Source of the DNA: Octopus sinensis
Lineage: Eukaryota
Reading direction: 5' to 3'
Length of the DNA stretch: 64,000 nucleotides
NCBI RefSeq assembly: GCF_006345805.1
Contig: NC_043012.1
Location: 6,820,001 to 6,884,000, forward strand
Part shown: piece after piece, positions 50,647 to 62,619 of the stretch
Numbering within the stretch: position 1 is the first letter of the stretch
Layout of the letters: each line of letters begins with the position of its first letter
The notes under the pieces: model-generated
Database searches by the model: none
Told to the model about the DNA's origin: nothing
Seen by the model: the letters and a program-made list of their open reading frames with translations, nothing else
Program-made: the position numbers and the translations under genes

Positions 50647-52543
50647 GCACACATACGTGCACTCGCAGACATACATGCTCGCATACATGCACACACAGCC
50701 CATAAATGCACAACCATGCACATGTAGGAAAGAGAAACAAGAATAAATAAAGGAAGCAAGAAAGAAAGAAAGAAGAAGGAAAGAAAGAAAGAAAGAAAGA
50801 AAAAGGAAAGAAAGAAAGAAAGAAAGAATAAAACACAAAGAGGTAAAAAGGAAGCTGTACTCAAATTTATCAAAGAACACACACACACACACACGCACAC
50901 GCGCACGCACACGCGCACGCACACGCGCACACCCATATATGTACATGAGCTCTTTTCATCAATGCCAGACCATTCCATAGTAACTCAAGAGAGCCTCTCA
51001 TCATACTGATCGTATTGATTTTATATCAGTTTAATATTGATCTCAATCATTATATCAATGTATATATTGATGTTTTTGTTTCGTTGTTGTTAATTTTATT
51101 GATTTTTAAAAAAACAACAACAAAAATATTCTTTATTTGTTTTCTGTTGTTTATTTTCCATTTTTTTCTTCTTTCATTCATTTGCCTATCCATTCCTTTT
51201 CTCTTTTATTGTCCCACATTGAAGCAACCAAAAAGGATATACATTTACACCCCACCCCACACACATACACACACAAAAACATATACAAACCTACGTGTAT
51301 ATATATATATATATATGTATACACCCTCCCACATATATCTTTGCAAGCTTTGTTTTTTCATCCACTTTTCCATGCAGGCATGAGCTGGACGGGACTTTTT
51401 GAGGCATTGCTTATAAACCGGATGTCCTTATATACATTTATACACACATACATAGATCCATATAATATTCTTTGCCTTTCACACAACACACACACACACA
51501 CACACAACACACACACAAACAAACAATAACATAGTCCCTATCAAAAATTACTTTGTATGATTTTTATCACTGCTCAGTTATTCGGAATGTTTCCATTTCA
51601 GCCATTGTTACCGTTTTTTACTTTGTTTCATCTTGTCTGTCTGTTAGTCCGTCGATCTACTTATCGCACACTAGTAGTACACATCATAGATGATGGGGTT
51701 TTATTTCTGTATCCTTTTAATAATTCATAATATTTCTACTTCAACCATTGCACCATTTTCTTCCTGAGTTTTATTACATCTTCTTTCAGTTATTTTTCTC
51801 GTTTTTGCATTCAGCATTGCTTCTGTTTCTTTTTTTTTTGTGCCTGTCATTATTTTGCAGCACTTATTCCTTCCCATTCACAATGAGCATTGATTTCTTT
51901 TTGTGATAATCTTCATCTTTTTTTTGCAGTTTAAAGTAAAGTAGTTCCTTTGTAACTAAGAATATCTTCCCCATTTTTCACTTTCTTTATATTCTTACAT
52001 GCTCATTCCCTTGGTCTCCTTCATGATTTCCTTCATTATTCTCACTAACTCACCCGAATACTTTGTTATTTCTTCTCTTCCACTTTATGTTTGTGTGTGT
52101 GTGTGTGAATAGTTTCCTTCTTTTTTTTCCCTTCTCATTTAAAATTTGCCTCTGTCTTCCATCTTTTCCTACCACAGAAAATTCAGTATTATGCACAAAT
52201 TGTTTCTCTCTCTCTCTCCTTTGCAATCCCAAGCATTTGTTCACCCTCTATACTCCTTTTATTTTATCACGTTTCCTCTCTAATTGCCTCTTTTCTGAGG
52301 AGAGCTCTATCTATCCTCTCACACTTTTGCTATCTCTCATTCATTGTTTCTCTTTCTCTCATCCTTTCCTATTTTTCACTGTCTGCTCACCTGACTACCT
52401 GTCTTACTGAGTGATTGTTGGCTATTTCCCCATCTCACTCTCTATTTACTTATCTCATCCACCTCTCTTTATCAGACTTCTGTCCTTTTTCTTTTACCTG
52501 TCTCAGCATTGCCGCTGCATTTTCTTTTCACATTCTTTTAGCA

Positions 52544-52749
52544 CAGGGTTTCCCAACCAAGGTTGCTCGCAACCCTAGGGGTGCAAGATAGCATTCCAGT
52601 GGATGCAAGCAGGGTTGGATTTATAGGGGGTCAAAGCGAGCAATTGCCCGTAGCACCTTTATTCTTGTATAAATTATTACTTTAAGGTGTGCGAGAACAT
52701 ACTAAAAGTTTTTAGGGGTGCGGGGTATGAAAAAGGTTGAGAACCACAG
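52544..52749. mobile_element. hAT (Charlie-like) MITE
   Basis: CAGGGTTTCCCAACC ... GGTTGAGAACCACAG ends; 8-bp flanks TTTTAGCA and ACTTAGCA with central TA. Confidence 0.75.
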
Positions 52750-52883
52750 ACTTAGCATGATAGGGAGCGAGAAAAATCCAGCATACTAAGAAAAAATGGC
52801 ATATACCTTGACCTTTTGCAATATTTGTATTTGCTATTTCTTACTCTCTCTTCGCCTCTCTTCATTTTTTCTTATTCTCTCTC

Positions 52884-52920
<37 letters not shown>

Positions 52921-52954
52921 ACACACACACACATATATATATGTTCTTTTCTAC

Positions 52955-53160
52955 TCTAGGCACAAGGTCTAACATTTTGGGGGAGAGGGACAGTCGATTA
53001 GATTGACCCCAGTATGCAACTGGTATTTAAGTTATCAACTCCGAAAGGATGAAAGGCAAAGTCAACCTCAGCAGAATTTGAACTCAGAATGTAAAGACAG
53101 GCGAAATACCACTTAGTATTTCACCAGGCATGCTAATGTTTCTACCAGCTTGCTGCCTTA
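52955..53160 (-). mobile_element. SINE family B
   Basis: Full head-core-tail copy. Confidence 0.85.
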
Positions 53161-53179
53161 TATATATATATATATATAT

Positions 53180-53660
53180 ATATGTTGGTGTCTGGCATGC
53201 TAGAAGGCCTCCAGGTGTTGGGCACCCCTTAGCTTTTGTTCAAGCATGCCTCTAGGAGAAGGACACTCTGATAAAATACCAGATATGCAGGGAGTGGCAT
53301 TGAACATTTTGGAGATCTTTTCCTTGCAATTGAGATCAAGGTGCTGCTACATTTCTGAGCCTGTGACCCATGGATATCTTGCTCTGTCTTGTCTCTGGAT
53401 CATGTCAGTAATGTGGAGAGGGTCTGTGAGATACTTGTGCCAGACTTATTGGACCTAAAATTTTCTGCTGTGCAATCACTGGTGAGGTGACCATCCAATG
53501 TCTGCCTGGTCAAGTAGGAGGGTATGGAGGACACAAGCAAGGGTGAAGCTGACTGCTGCTGCTGCAATAACCTCATGTGCAGGCATTGCTGGTATTTTGC
53601 ATCGACAATGGTCATTGACGGTCTTCCTCGGTCTCGAGTGGACAGCCCTCATCATCATCG
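53180..53660 (+). mobile_element. Decayed RTE (BovB-like) 3' end
   Basis: WRGSVR remnant, terminal CRHC, 3'UTR ATGGTCATTGACGGTCTTCCTCGG and (CAT)n tail. Confidence 0.45.
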
Positions 53661-53680
53661 CATACATACATACATACATA

Positions 53681-54138
53681 CAAATCATCGTCAACTTATG
53701 ACCACAGTTGGTTCCGACTGACTGGTCATAAGTTGATTTGGTCGTAAGTCAGCCTACAGGTCAACATAGCTTTGTTTATATTTTTTACATTCTTATGGTA
53801 CATTCTCAGGTAAAAGTCATACACAGCATTCTGTATTATACTATCATACTGGCGTTAATCAAAAATCTTGGAGTCTCAAGCAGTCGTCTTATAAACAAAT
53901 ACAAGGTTGCCTCGATGTCTCCATGACAGGATAGTCATCCAACACAGTGGCAATTGATAACCAAACCTAGAAGAACCATTTATTAGTTGACATCACTCAT
54001 AGACGGGTTAATTTCTACGAAATTAAACCCATTAAATTTCAACTGGACTATTTATTATTGCTACTGCAAGCTGGTGTGCCAATCATTGTAAAGTTGATTG
54101 GTCATAAGTCAGATAGGTCGTAAGTTGACAATGACTTG
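53681..54138. mobile_element. Tigger/pogo-like MITE (458 bp)
   Basis: TA-CAAATCATCGTCAACTTATGACC ... GGTCGTAAGTTGACAATGACTTG-TA, with subterminal GTC(A/G)TAAGT repeats. Confidence 0.75.
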
Positions 54139-54150
54139 TATCATCATTAA

Positions 54151-54199
<49 letters not shown>

Positions 54200-54239
54200 T
54201 CATCATCATCATTATCACCACCACCATCATCGTCATTGT

Positions 54240-54740
54240 CGTCGTCGTTTAACTTCGCTTTCCATGCTGGCATGGGTTGGACGGTTTGACTGAAGACTGG
54301 TGAGCCAGAGGCTGCACTAGGCTCAATCTGATCTTGCAAAGTTTCTACAGCTGGATGACCTTCCTAACACCAACCACTCTGAGAGTGTGGTGGGTGCTTC
54401 TACATGTCACTGGCACGAGGGCCAGCCAAGTGGTTCTGGCAACGACCATGCTCAAAAGGTGTTTTTTACATGCTACCTGTACAGGAGCCAGTCCGGCAGC
54501 ACTGGCGATGACCACACTCGAATTTTGTTTTTCACATGCCACCAGCACGTGTGCCAGTAAGATGACGCTGGCAACAATCATGCTTGAATGGTGCATGGGA
54601 GCCAATCCATGGCCCTGGCAATGATCATGCTCAGACGTGCTGTTAACGTTCCATTGGCATGAGTGCCAATCAAGTGGTACTGTCATCGGCCACATCAGCG
54701 ATGTTGATTTGCTTTCACTTGCCTCAATAGGTCTTCACAA
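54240..54740 (-). mobile_element. RTE 3'UTR and terminus (family C)
   Basis: (CAT)n-TTTAACTTCGCTTTCCATGCTGGCATGGGTTGGACGG... Confidence 0.8.
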
Positions 54741-54972
54741 GCATATATACATACATACATACACACACACACACAACACACATATATATACATATATATA
54801 CATATATATATATATTTGAATAGGTGAATGAATTATCCTATGTTTATCGTCGGCATGGAAAATTCATTGAACCGATACCAGGGTAGCAAATTCACGTCAG
54901 AAACATGGTTGAAGCAACCTGTCCAAGGGTAGAAACTCCAGGTTCATTTGCAGAAATTTGTGTGTTGTATAT

Positions 54973-55281
54973 GAATAAATGAAAGAATGGAGTTGAACGA
55001 AGATGTTAACAAAATTCCTTTACTCTCGACATATGTTTCGAAGACCACATGGTTTCATTCCAAAGGAATAAAGGGTGTATGATGCAATCTTCTCATCAGG
55101 AAAGAAAGGGAGCCTCTCTCGGCAACAAGACAAACAAAAATTTCGATGACTGTCTACATGAGAAGATTGCATCATACACACCTTTATTCCTTTGGAATGA
55201 AACCATGTGGTCTTCGAAACATATGTCGAGAGTAAAGGAATTTTGTTACATCTTCGTTAAACTCCATTCTTTCATTTATTC
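54973..55281. mobile_element. Penelope-like fold-back element: 124-bp inverted arms (54973-55096 and 55158-55281) with a 61-bp spacer
   Basis: Arms differ at about 3 positions by manual alignment; the right arm is truncated inside the ribozyme core. Confidence 0.9.
55017..55109 (-). ncRNA. Intact minimal type-I hammerhead ribozyme (predicted cleavage GUC| between 55028 and 55027)
   Basis: Minus strand: CCUUUCUUUC-CUGAUGA-GAAGAUUGCAU[31 nt]AUGUGGUCUUC-GAAA-C-AUAU-G-UC|GAGAG(U)AAAGG. All conserved core bases are present; stem I has 10 bp, stem II 11 bp, and stem III is minimal with a palindromic loop. Confidence 0.85.
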
Positions 55282-55299
55282 TTATTATATATATATATC

Positions 55300-55693
55300 A
55301 TCATCATCATCATCATCATCGTAAACGTCCGTTCTCCATGCTAGCATGGGTTGGACGGTTTGACCGGGGATCCTGGGAAGCCAGAAGGCTGCCACCAGGC
55401 TCCAGTCTTATCTGGCAGTTGTTCTACAGCTGGATGCCCTTCTAACGCCAACCACTCGTGAGTGTAGTGGGTGCTTTTTACGTGCCACCTGCACAGGTGC
55501 CAGGCGAGGCTGGCAACGCCCACGGTCGGATTGGTGTATTTATGTGTCACTGGCACGGAAGCCAGAACAGGCGGTGCTGGATCGGCCACGAGTCGGATAG
55601 TGCTTTTTTACGCCACGAGTCAGATAGTGCTTTTTACGTACCACCAGACCAGGGATCCTGGCTGGTTCAATTCGATTTCGATTTCGATTTCGA

Positions 55694-55728
<35 letters not shown>

Positions 55729-55744
55729 ATATATATTATATATG

Positions 55745-55823
<79 letters not shown>

Positions 55824-56290
55824 ACATATATATATATATACAAATATATATTTTATATATATATATATATTATATATATATCATCATCATCATCATCATC
55901 GTTTAACGTCCGTTCTCCATGCTAGCATGGGTTGGACGGTTCGACCAGGGTTCTGGGAAGCCAGAAGGCTGCACCAGGCTCCAGTCTAATCTGGCAATGT
56001 TTCTACAGCTGGATGCCTTTCCTAACGCCAACCACTCCGTGAGTGTAGTGGGTGCTTTTTACGTGCCACCGGCACAGGTGCCAGGCGGGGCTGGCAACGG
56101 CCACGGTCAGATTGGTGTATTTTATGTGCCAACGGCACGGAAGCCAGTCGAGGCGGTGCTGGCATCAGCCACGAGTCGGATAGTGCTTTTTACGTACCAC
56201 CAGACCAGGGATCCTGGCTGGTTCAATTCGATTCGATTTCGCTTGCCCCAACATGTCTTCACAAGCAAAGGGGGTTGGCAAGCTTGGCAA
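55300..56290 (-). repeat. Two tandem family C RTE tails (55300-55690 and 55880-56290) separated by (TA)n
   Basis: Both contain ...GGATCCTGGCTGGTTCAATTCGATT at the same position; diverged by a few percent. Confidence 0.85.
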
Positions 56291-57236
56291 GCTTGAAAAT
56301 AAAGAATGTATTTAAATAACTGCTGGCATTTAGAATTATAATTAACATGAAATTATGATGGAAGGTTTTATTTAGATTACTCGAAACAAGGTTGGTTTCT
56401 GGTGGGGTTGGTATTGAAATGATTAAGGGGGTTATAGTTTATAGTGGGCATTGCTCGTGTTGGGTGGGCAGAAGTAACATTTTCTTGTTATGTACCATAA
56501 TTGTGTTTTTGTGCTGATTAAAAAAATAAAATTATCATGGTGTTTTTGAGGTGTTTGCCATGAAGTCAGAACAGGTTTGGTGGTGGTGGGGGGAAAGGGG
56601 ACTCAAGGTTGTAAGTAGATGATGATGGATGGGGAAAAATAGGGAGAAAAGCAGTAATGGCATCATCTGTGTATAAGAGTGGGTGTCTTGAATATTAAAT
56701 GACTAAAGTTTATTTACTGACTCGTAAGGTTATTTAAGATGAAGATAATGAATGGGTAATGAAGGTATTTAATGGTCAAAAAAGATAACAAAAGGTCAGT
56801 GTGTGTGTGAGAGGTAGATGTGGTGGTGAAGAGAAAATTGGGTGATGACACAGTGGGTACTGGCCTGAATGCTGGGTGGAGGGGAGGGTAGGTTATTAGT
56901 GACTTCAATATACAAAGAGCAACAAGAAAAATAAGGTCCATGGGAATATCAGTATTAACAACAGTAGGATCGGGTTTAGGGTTTAATAAAGCCCATAATG
57001 AACAGTGTTAATCTTAGTGGTGTTGGGTGTTGTTGAGTAGTGTTTAATCAACGATGGGAAAACAAACTTGAAATACAAAAACTGACAGTCACAAACGTGC
57101 AATGCAAAAAGTAAACCACCGTAGATTTGCAGCACAAGAAACAGTCTTGGACTTGTAGCACACACACAAAAAAATTCAGTCACAGATATGTAACACAAGG
57201 GACAGACAGTTAGAGATTTAATGAAAGCAGCAAACT

Positions 57237-57430
57237 TCTTAACTTTTTAGCATTTAAATTGGTTGTATCCAGCCCAAATATTCCCCCCGTTTTATGTTCT
57301 AACCAGCCAGATTTTGCCTTTCAAACCTATCCAACAATACCATTCTAAAAATAGACAGTCACATCATTATTTATCTCAAAGCTATGAGATAATGCATAAT
57401 TAATTCAAAAGATAAGCATTATATTTGACA
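57237..57430. mobile_element. TTAA-terminated MITE fragment (second piggyBac-like family); a related piece lies at ~49450-49580
   Basis: TTAACTTTTTAGCATTTAAA..GG.TGTATCCAGCCCAAATATT; related sequence on the opposite strand at 49450-49580. Confidence 0.4.
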
Positions 57431-57545
57431 GAATCATCCAACTGCTAATTAATGGGTTGATGAATGTTGAACCATCAGGATACACCAATTGGCTGCACAT
57501 GCACAACTTCAGCAATAGGTACAGAAGTAGGTGCCAGAAGTGGGG

Positions 57546-57594
<49 letters not shown>

Positions 57595-57714
57595 GATATT
57601 GGTGATGGTGGTGACCAGATATGGACAAGATATACTGAGCTAGAATTTGACAGTCCATTTATTAACTCATTAGGCACCAGTTATTTTCTGATTTCTGGTT
57701 TTGCAAAATCAAAT

Positions 57715-57757
<43 letters not shown>

Positions 57758-58029
57758 GCGAGTAAAATATTTGCTTCAACCCTCCATGTTCCATGCACTT
57801 GTTGCACACACATACATAGACGTTATAGGTTTACTACATGCATACATACATGTGCATGTGTGTGTGATGTGTGTGTGTCATGTGTACATCATGCAGGCTC
57901 CTGTTGCAGCTGAAATACCATTTGAACATTTAACCTACTGTGAAAGCATTCCAATAACCTATATTGCTGGTACAGTGAGGTAGACACTCACATCATTACA
58001 ATCTATAAAACACATACGTACATGCTTGT

Positions 58030-58114
58030 GCGTGCATACACACTCATGCACACACACCTCTCTATCACATTTCCTTGTCTTCTTGCACTCCCTCTCTGTC
58101 TCTAATTATCCCTT

Positions 58115-58153
<39 letters not shown>

Positions 58154-59280
58154 TTCCTTCATCTCTATATTGTTCTGCCTCTTTCTCTCTCTATCAAATT
58201 ATCTCTCTATTGCATTCGCTCTCTTTAACACATCTTTCTCTGCTTCTTCCTCACTATCTCTGTATGTCTGTCTATCTCTCTCTCTCTCTCTCTATTATGT
58301 TTTCTCTATCATATTTCTTCTGTCTTGGTTTTCACTCTCACTCTCTCTGTCTGTCTACCTGCCTCTCTCTCTGTCTCTCTCTATTTCACTCTTTCTCCCT
58401 ATTATGTCTGTTCTCTCTCTCTCTCTCTCCATCAAATTCCTTCTATCATCATCTTGCTCAAATTCTCTCTCTCACACATTCCTTTTACTTCATTTTCACT
58501 CTCTTCCTTTCTCCGCTCTCTTTCACTCCCTCATCTTTCCTCTGTCCTTTTCTCATTTCATTTTGTTTGTCTCTTTCACATTACTCCTCACCCTTCCTCT
58601 CTTTCTTCTCGTCTCTCATTCTTCCCCTCTCACTCTCTCTCAATCACACACACACACACACTGTCTTTATACCTTGCTCTTCTTTCTTACTATCCTTACT
58701 CTTCTTTTCCAGTTACTCTCTTCCTCTCTGTCACATCTCCCCTTCTTCTCCACTCTCTCCCTCTCTCTCTCTCTAATTTATTTTCCTTCTCACTCTCTCT
58801 CTCTCTTTCTCCCTCTTCACCTTTGCAGTCCTTATTTGAACCTACCTTACTCACCTTTGCTTTCTAAACTTTTTCTTGCTCTCCATCAACTCCTTCATCT
58901 CTTTTTGCCTTCATATATTCCCTCCCTCCCTCTCTCCCTCTCTCTCTCATCTCTCTCTCCCTCTCTCCACACTCTTCTCTTTTTTGTACTCTCCTTATAC
59001 TCTTAGCTCTTCTCTTAGTCTCTTACCCTCTGAGTTCCCACACTTCACACCCATTAACACTTTCCCTCTTTTCTCTACTTCCTCCTCCCACTCCCCGCTT
59101 TGTCCTCTCCCCCTCAATCCCCACAGTTTCACTTTCATTTAACTCCTTACCCACCACTCTCTCACAATTCATTTTCTATTTCTACTTCGTTTCCACTGCA
59201 TTTTCCTTGATACTCTCACTACTCCCCCTCTCTCTCATCCTCTTTGCTTTGACTCTTCTTTCTCTCCTTCCTCTCCAATT
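58030..59280. repeat. ~1.25-kb degenerate polypyrimidine (CT-rich) tract
   Basis: Direct inspection; source of the 326-aa S/L/F ORF. Confidence 0.9.
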
Positions 59281-59286
59281 TCTCTT

Positions 59287-59440
59287 TAACCCTTTTGCTA
59301 CCATATTTTTTACTGCAATTCTTTATTTCAATTTATTTTGAAAATAATTTTGAATTTAGCAAAATAACTTTGTCGTTATTAAACTGGTGTATGGTGCGGG
59401 AATTAACCTGAGATTTTAATGGAAGATTTTAAATTAAGTG
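59287..59440. mobile_element. Diverged piggyBac-like MITE, left part
   Basis: TTAACCCTTTTGCTACCATATTT...TTTAGCAAAATAACTT resembles the 4214 copy. Confidence 0.55.
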
Positions 59441-60149
59441 AAGTAGGGGGCTCTGAATAGAAGCAATACCTTTGGTGTCTTTCAACTGCATACATTGCCA
59501 GAGGTGGTCAGGTGGACAGGCATCATTGGGTCCTCATTCAACTCCTAATCTCTCACTTGAAAGGCCACCTGGTACCCCACACCCAGGTACCTCACTTCAG
59601 CCGGTGGGGTAAACCACCTGAGGTGATGGTGTTAAACACTGCACCAGTAGGCAGAAGGCGTTGGGGAAGGCTTCCCAAGGAGTCACTGGTTAGAGTGTAG
59701 AAACTTGCTCGGGTCAACAGCATAGTGTTTGGACCAAAGCATGTGTCAGTTAGAGGCATACAGTTGTGGCTATCAACTGGAAGAGGAATGGGCACTGGCA
59801 AGCTAACTTGTCCATGATACCTCCATGGTGATGACAACCAGACTTGAACCCATATCAGATGGGTCATCGCTCAGGTTAACATCAATGAGTTGACAGGCCT
59901 CAATTTTACTGACTCACGAAGGGCAGCAGAATACCAAAAGAAGTGATGAAATATGGTTACCATGTCATCAATGAAAGCCCCCAACTACTACTCAGTGAAG
60001 GGATAGGAAGAAAGAAGGACAGGAATTTTAAAAAGGGACATTTCAATCTTAGGACCAAGCGCAATCTCAGGCAGGTTGGTATTGAAGAGGTTAATTTACT
60101 TCTGTTTCCTGCGACCTTTCTGTATTCTCCTCACCTTTTTCTTATTACA

Positions 60150-60249
60150 NNNNNNNNNNNNNNNNNNNNNNNNNNNNNNNNNNNNNNNNNNNNNNNNNNN
60201 NNNNNNNNNNNNNNNNNNNNNNNNNNNNNNNNNNNNNNNNNNNNNNNNN
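60150..60249. other. Assembly gap (100 N)
   Basis: Run of N. Confidence 1.
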
Positions 60250-60589
60250 TCATGGCCGATGTAATAAGAGTACGCATATAATAAACGAACGGTCGAGAGG
60301 AGAATGCAGGTCTTGAATGAATCGATTAGATCACTCCAGTAACTTATTTCCCATCAAATTTAGTTGATATCGCAACAAAGACCATCTAAGACCGACTAAA
60401 TTGGATTTTAAACAACACTAGTCAACAAAACATGTCTTATAAAATAAATGAGATGAGTTAGCTCGCCTTGGAACAAAGGAACCGTTTTCACCTACATCGC
60501 CAGCCCCTAACCTCCCCAAAAGAAGAAAAGATTACGTTGGTGCGCACGCACAAGCACACACACACACACACATACACACACATACACAC

Positions 60590-60990
60590 ACACACGACAT
60601 TTATGCCTTCTTACAAGTACACGCACAGGTATATATATATACGTGAAAATGTACACACACACACACACATATATATGCTTATATATATATGTATATATGT
60701 ATCTACATGCATATATCTCTATACATCTGTATATATATCCGTACATATACATATACAAATACACACACACAACACACACATACACACACGACATTAATGC
60801 CTTCTTACAAGTACACGCACGGGTATATATACGTGAAAATGTACACACACACACACATATGCTTATATATATATGTATATATATATCTACATACATATAT
60901 CTCTATACATCTGTATATATATCCGTACATATACATATACAAATACACACACATACACACATATACTACACACACACACACTCACAAACA
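60590..60990. repeat. Two ~195-bp tandem microsatellite-rich units
   Basis: CACGACATT.ATGCCTTCTTACAAGTACACGCAC.GGTATATA...CGTGAAAATGTAC at ~60594 and ~60787. Confidence 0.85.
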
Positions 60991-61230
60991 CAAACACATT
61001 AAAAAATTTACATAAACATATACATTTATTCATATATATGAGTATACATGTATATATATATGCGTATACATATATATGCGTGTGGTTTATATATATATAT
61101 ATATATCAACAATCAAGGAACGGCCATAATAGGCCATTCACCCACTAGAAATAACAGCCAAAGCTTCAACCGCAAATAATATATATATATGTATGTATGT
61201 ACGTATATATGCACACACGTATGTATGCAT

Positions 61231-61695
61231 ATGACTGCCTGAATCGACATAAACGTATCTGTCAAGACCTACCAAAAACTGAGCAAGTATAAAGATCTTG
61301 AAATAGAAATTAGCGAAATGTGGAACCTGAAAACTAAAACAATACCTGTTGTCATAGGTGCCCTAGAAATGATAGCGAAAGGGGCTGATTGCTATCTAGC
61401 TCAGATACCAGCAAACCCCAAATGACAGAAATTCAAAAGATAGTGCTCATAGGAACTGCCCATATCCTACGTAAAATACTGTCTATGTAATCTCAAGTTT
61501 TAAAACAAACACATTATTTTCTTATGGTTTTTTAAAACATTCTCTAGAACAACACTATGCACAAAACCAAATATATGGCACCCTAGGCATAACACCAGCA
61601 TGAACCTCTAACTTGCTGTCTCTTGAAGTCTCTGGGTGAAACTTGGAGCCAAGTTGTACAAATGCAAAGCAAAAGTCAAACATATAATAATAACG
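61231..61695 (+). mobile_element. R4/Dong-like RLE LINE 3' end, second subfamily
   Basis: IDINVSVKTYQKLSKYKDLEIEISEMWNLKTKTIPVVIGAL...EIQKIVLIGTAHILRKILSM* (stop 61488-61490), then 3'UTR and TAATAA tail. Confidence 0.85.
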
Positions 61696-61769
61696 ATGAT
61701 GATGAGGAGGAGGTGGAGGAGGAGGATGATGAGAAGGAAGAGGAGGAGGGGGAGGAGGAGGAGGAGGAC

Positions 61770-61935
61770 AATATCAGCACTCAACTACCAACATGGCTGA
61801 AAAACATCGGTGCATGTGTGAAGGTAGAACACCTACAAAAATCAGCATTGCCTGTAACTGCGAGGATTCTTCGCAGGGTTCTTGAATATAAGGTGTGAGT
61901 TGTCATCACATAATAATAATGATAATCATAACAAG
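61770..61935 (+). mobile_element. R4/Dong-like RLE LINE extreme 3' end, third subfamily
   Basis: VKVEHLQKSALPVTARILRRVLEYKV*, then (AAT)n. Confidence 0.75.
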
Positions 61936-62129
61936 CTTCAAATTTTGGCTCAAGGCCAACTATTTCCGGGGAAGGAGGATAATAAGCCAATTAAATCGAC
62001 CCCAGAATTCAACTAAATCTTATTTTATTGACCCTCGAAGAAGGAAAGGCAAAGTCGAACTCGGCGGTATTTGAACTCAAAACGCAATGACAGACGAAAT
62101 GCCGTCAGGCATTTTGCAATAGTGACTTC

Positions 62130-62608
62130 TGATTTTAAGTGATTGAAAGTGTTATCATGTACATTGTTTTGTCTTGGTATAAAAGATGGGCTACAGCAAA
62201 TATTCTGCTCAATACCACAGATTTGCTTGTCCACTTAGTGGAGCAGAAGTAGTGGGGGATCTTCATAGTCATGTGTTAAGAGGAATTCTTTGAGGTTTGG
62301 ATAATTCACTTTTCAAAACAAGGGTGTTTTGTTCAACATCCTTAAACAACCCTTATTCAGAGACCTTTTGAGAGGATGGGCTACCTGACCTGGAGAAAAT
62401 TCTAACTGAGCCCCATCTGCAAGGTCATGCGCTGTTTATCTTGATATGAGATCACCATTTTACGCACATCTGGTTGGGATGCATGTGCCTGGTGTACCCT
62501 CATCAGACGGGTAGTCATGATGGGTTGACTGGGCTTCCTCAATTTTACCCGAGTGTCGCTCTGATGACATGCATTGCTCTCTCACTCAATAATAATAATA
62601 ATAATAAT
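62130..62608 (+). mobile_element. Repeat family F with (AAT)n tail
   Basis: Homologous to 38755-39235. Confidence 0.8.
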
Positions 62609-62619
62609 ACTGGCTTCAA

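Noticed and set aside
58026-59006. 326-aa Ser/Leu/Phe-rich ORF
   Set aside because: Translation of the CT-rich tract; no domain signal.
59480-59900. Possible RLE-like motif (LVVITMEVSW) on the minus strand
   Set aside because: A single weak motif among stops; insufficient without an HMM search.
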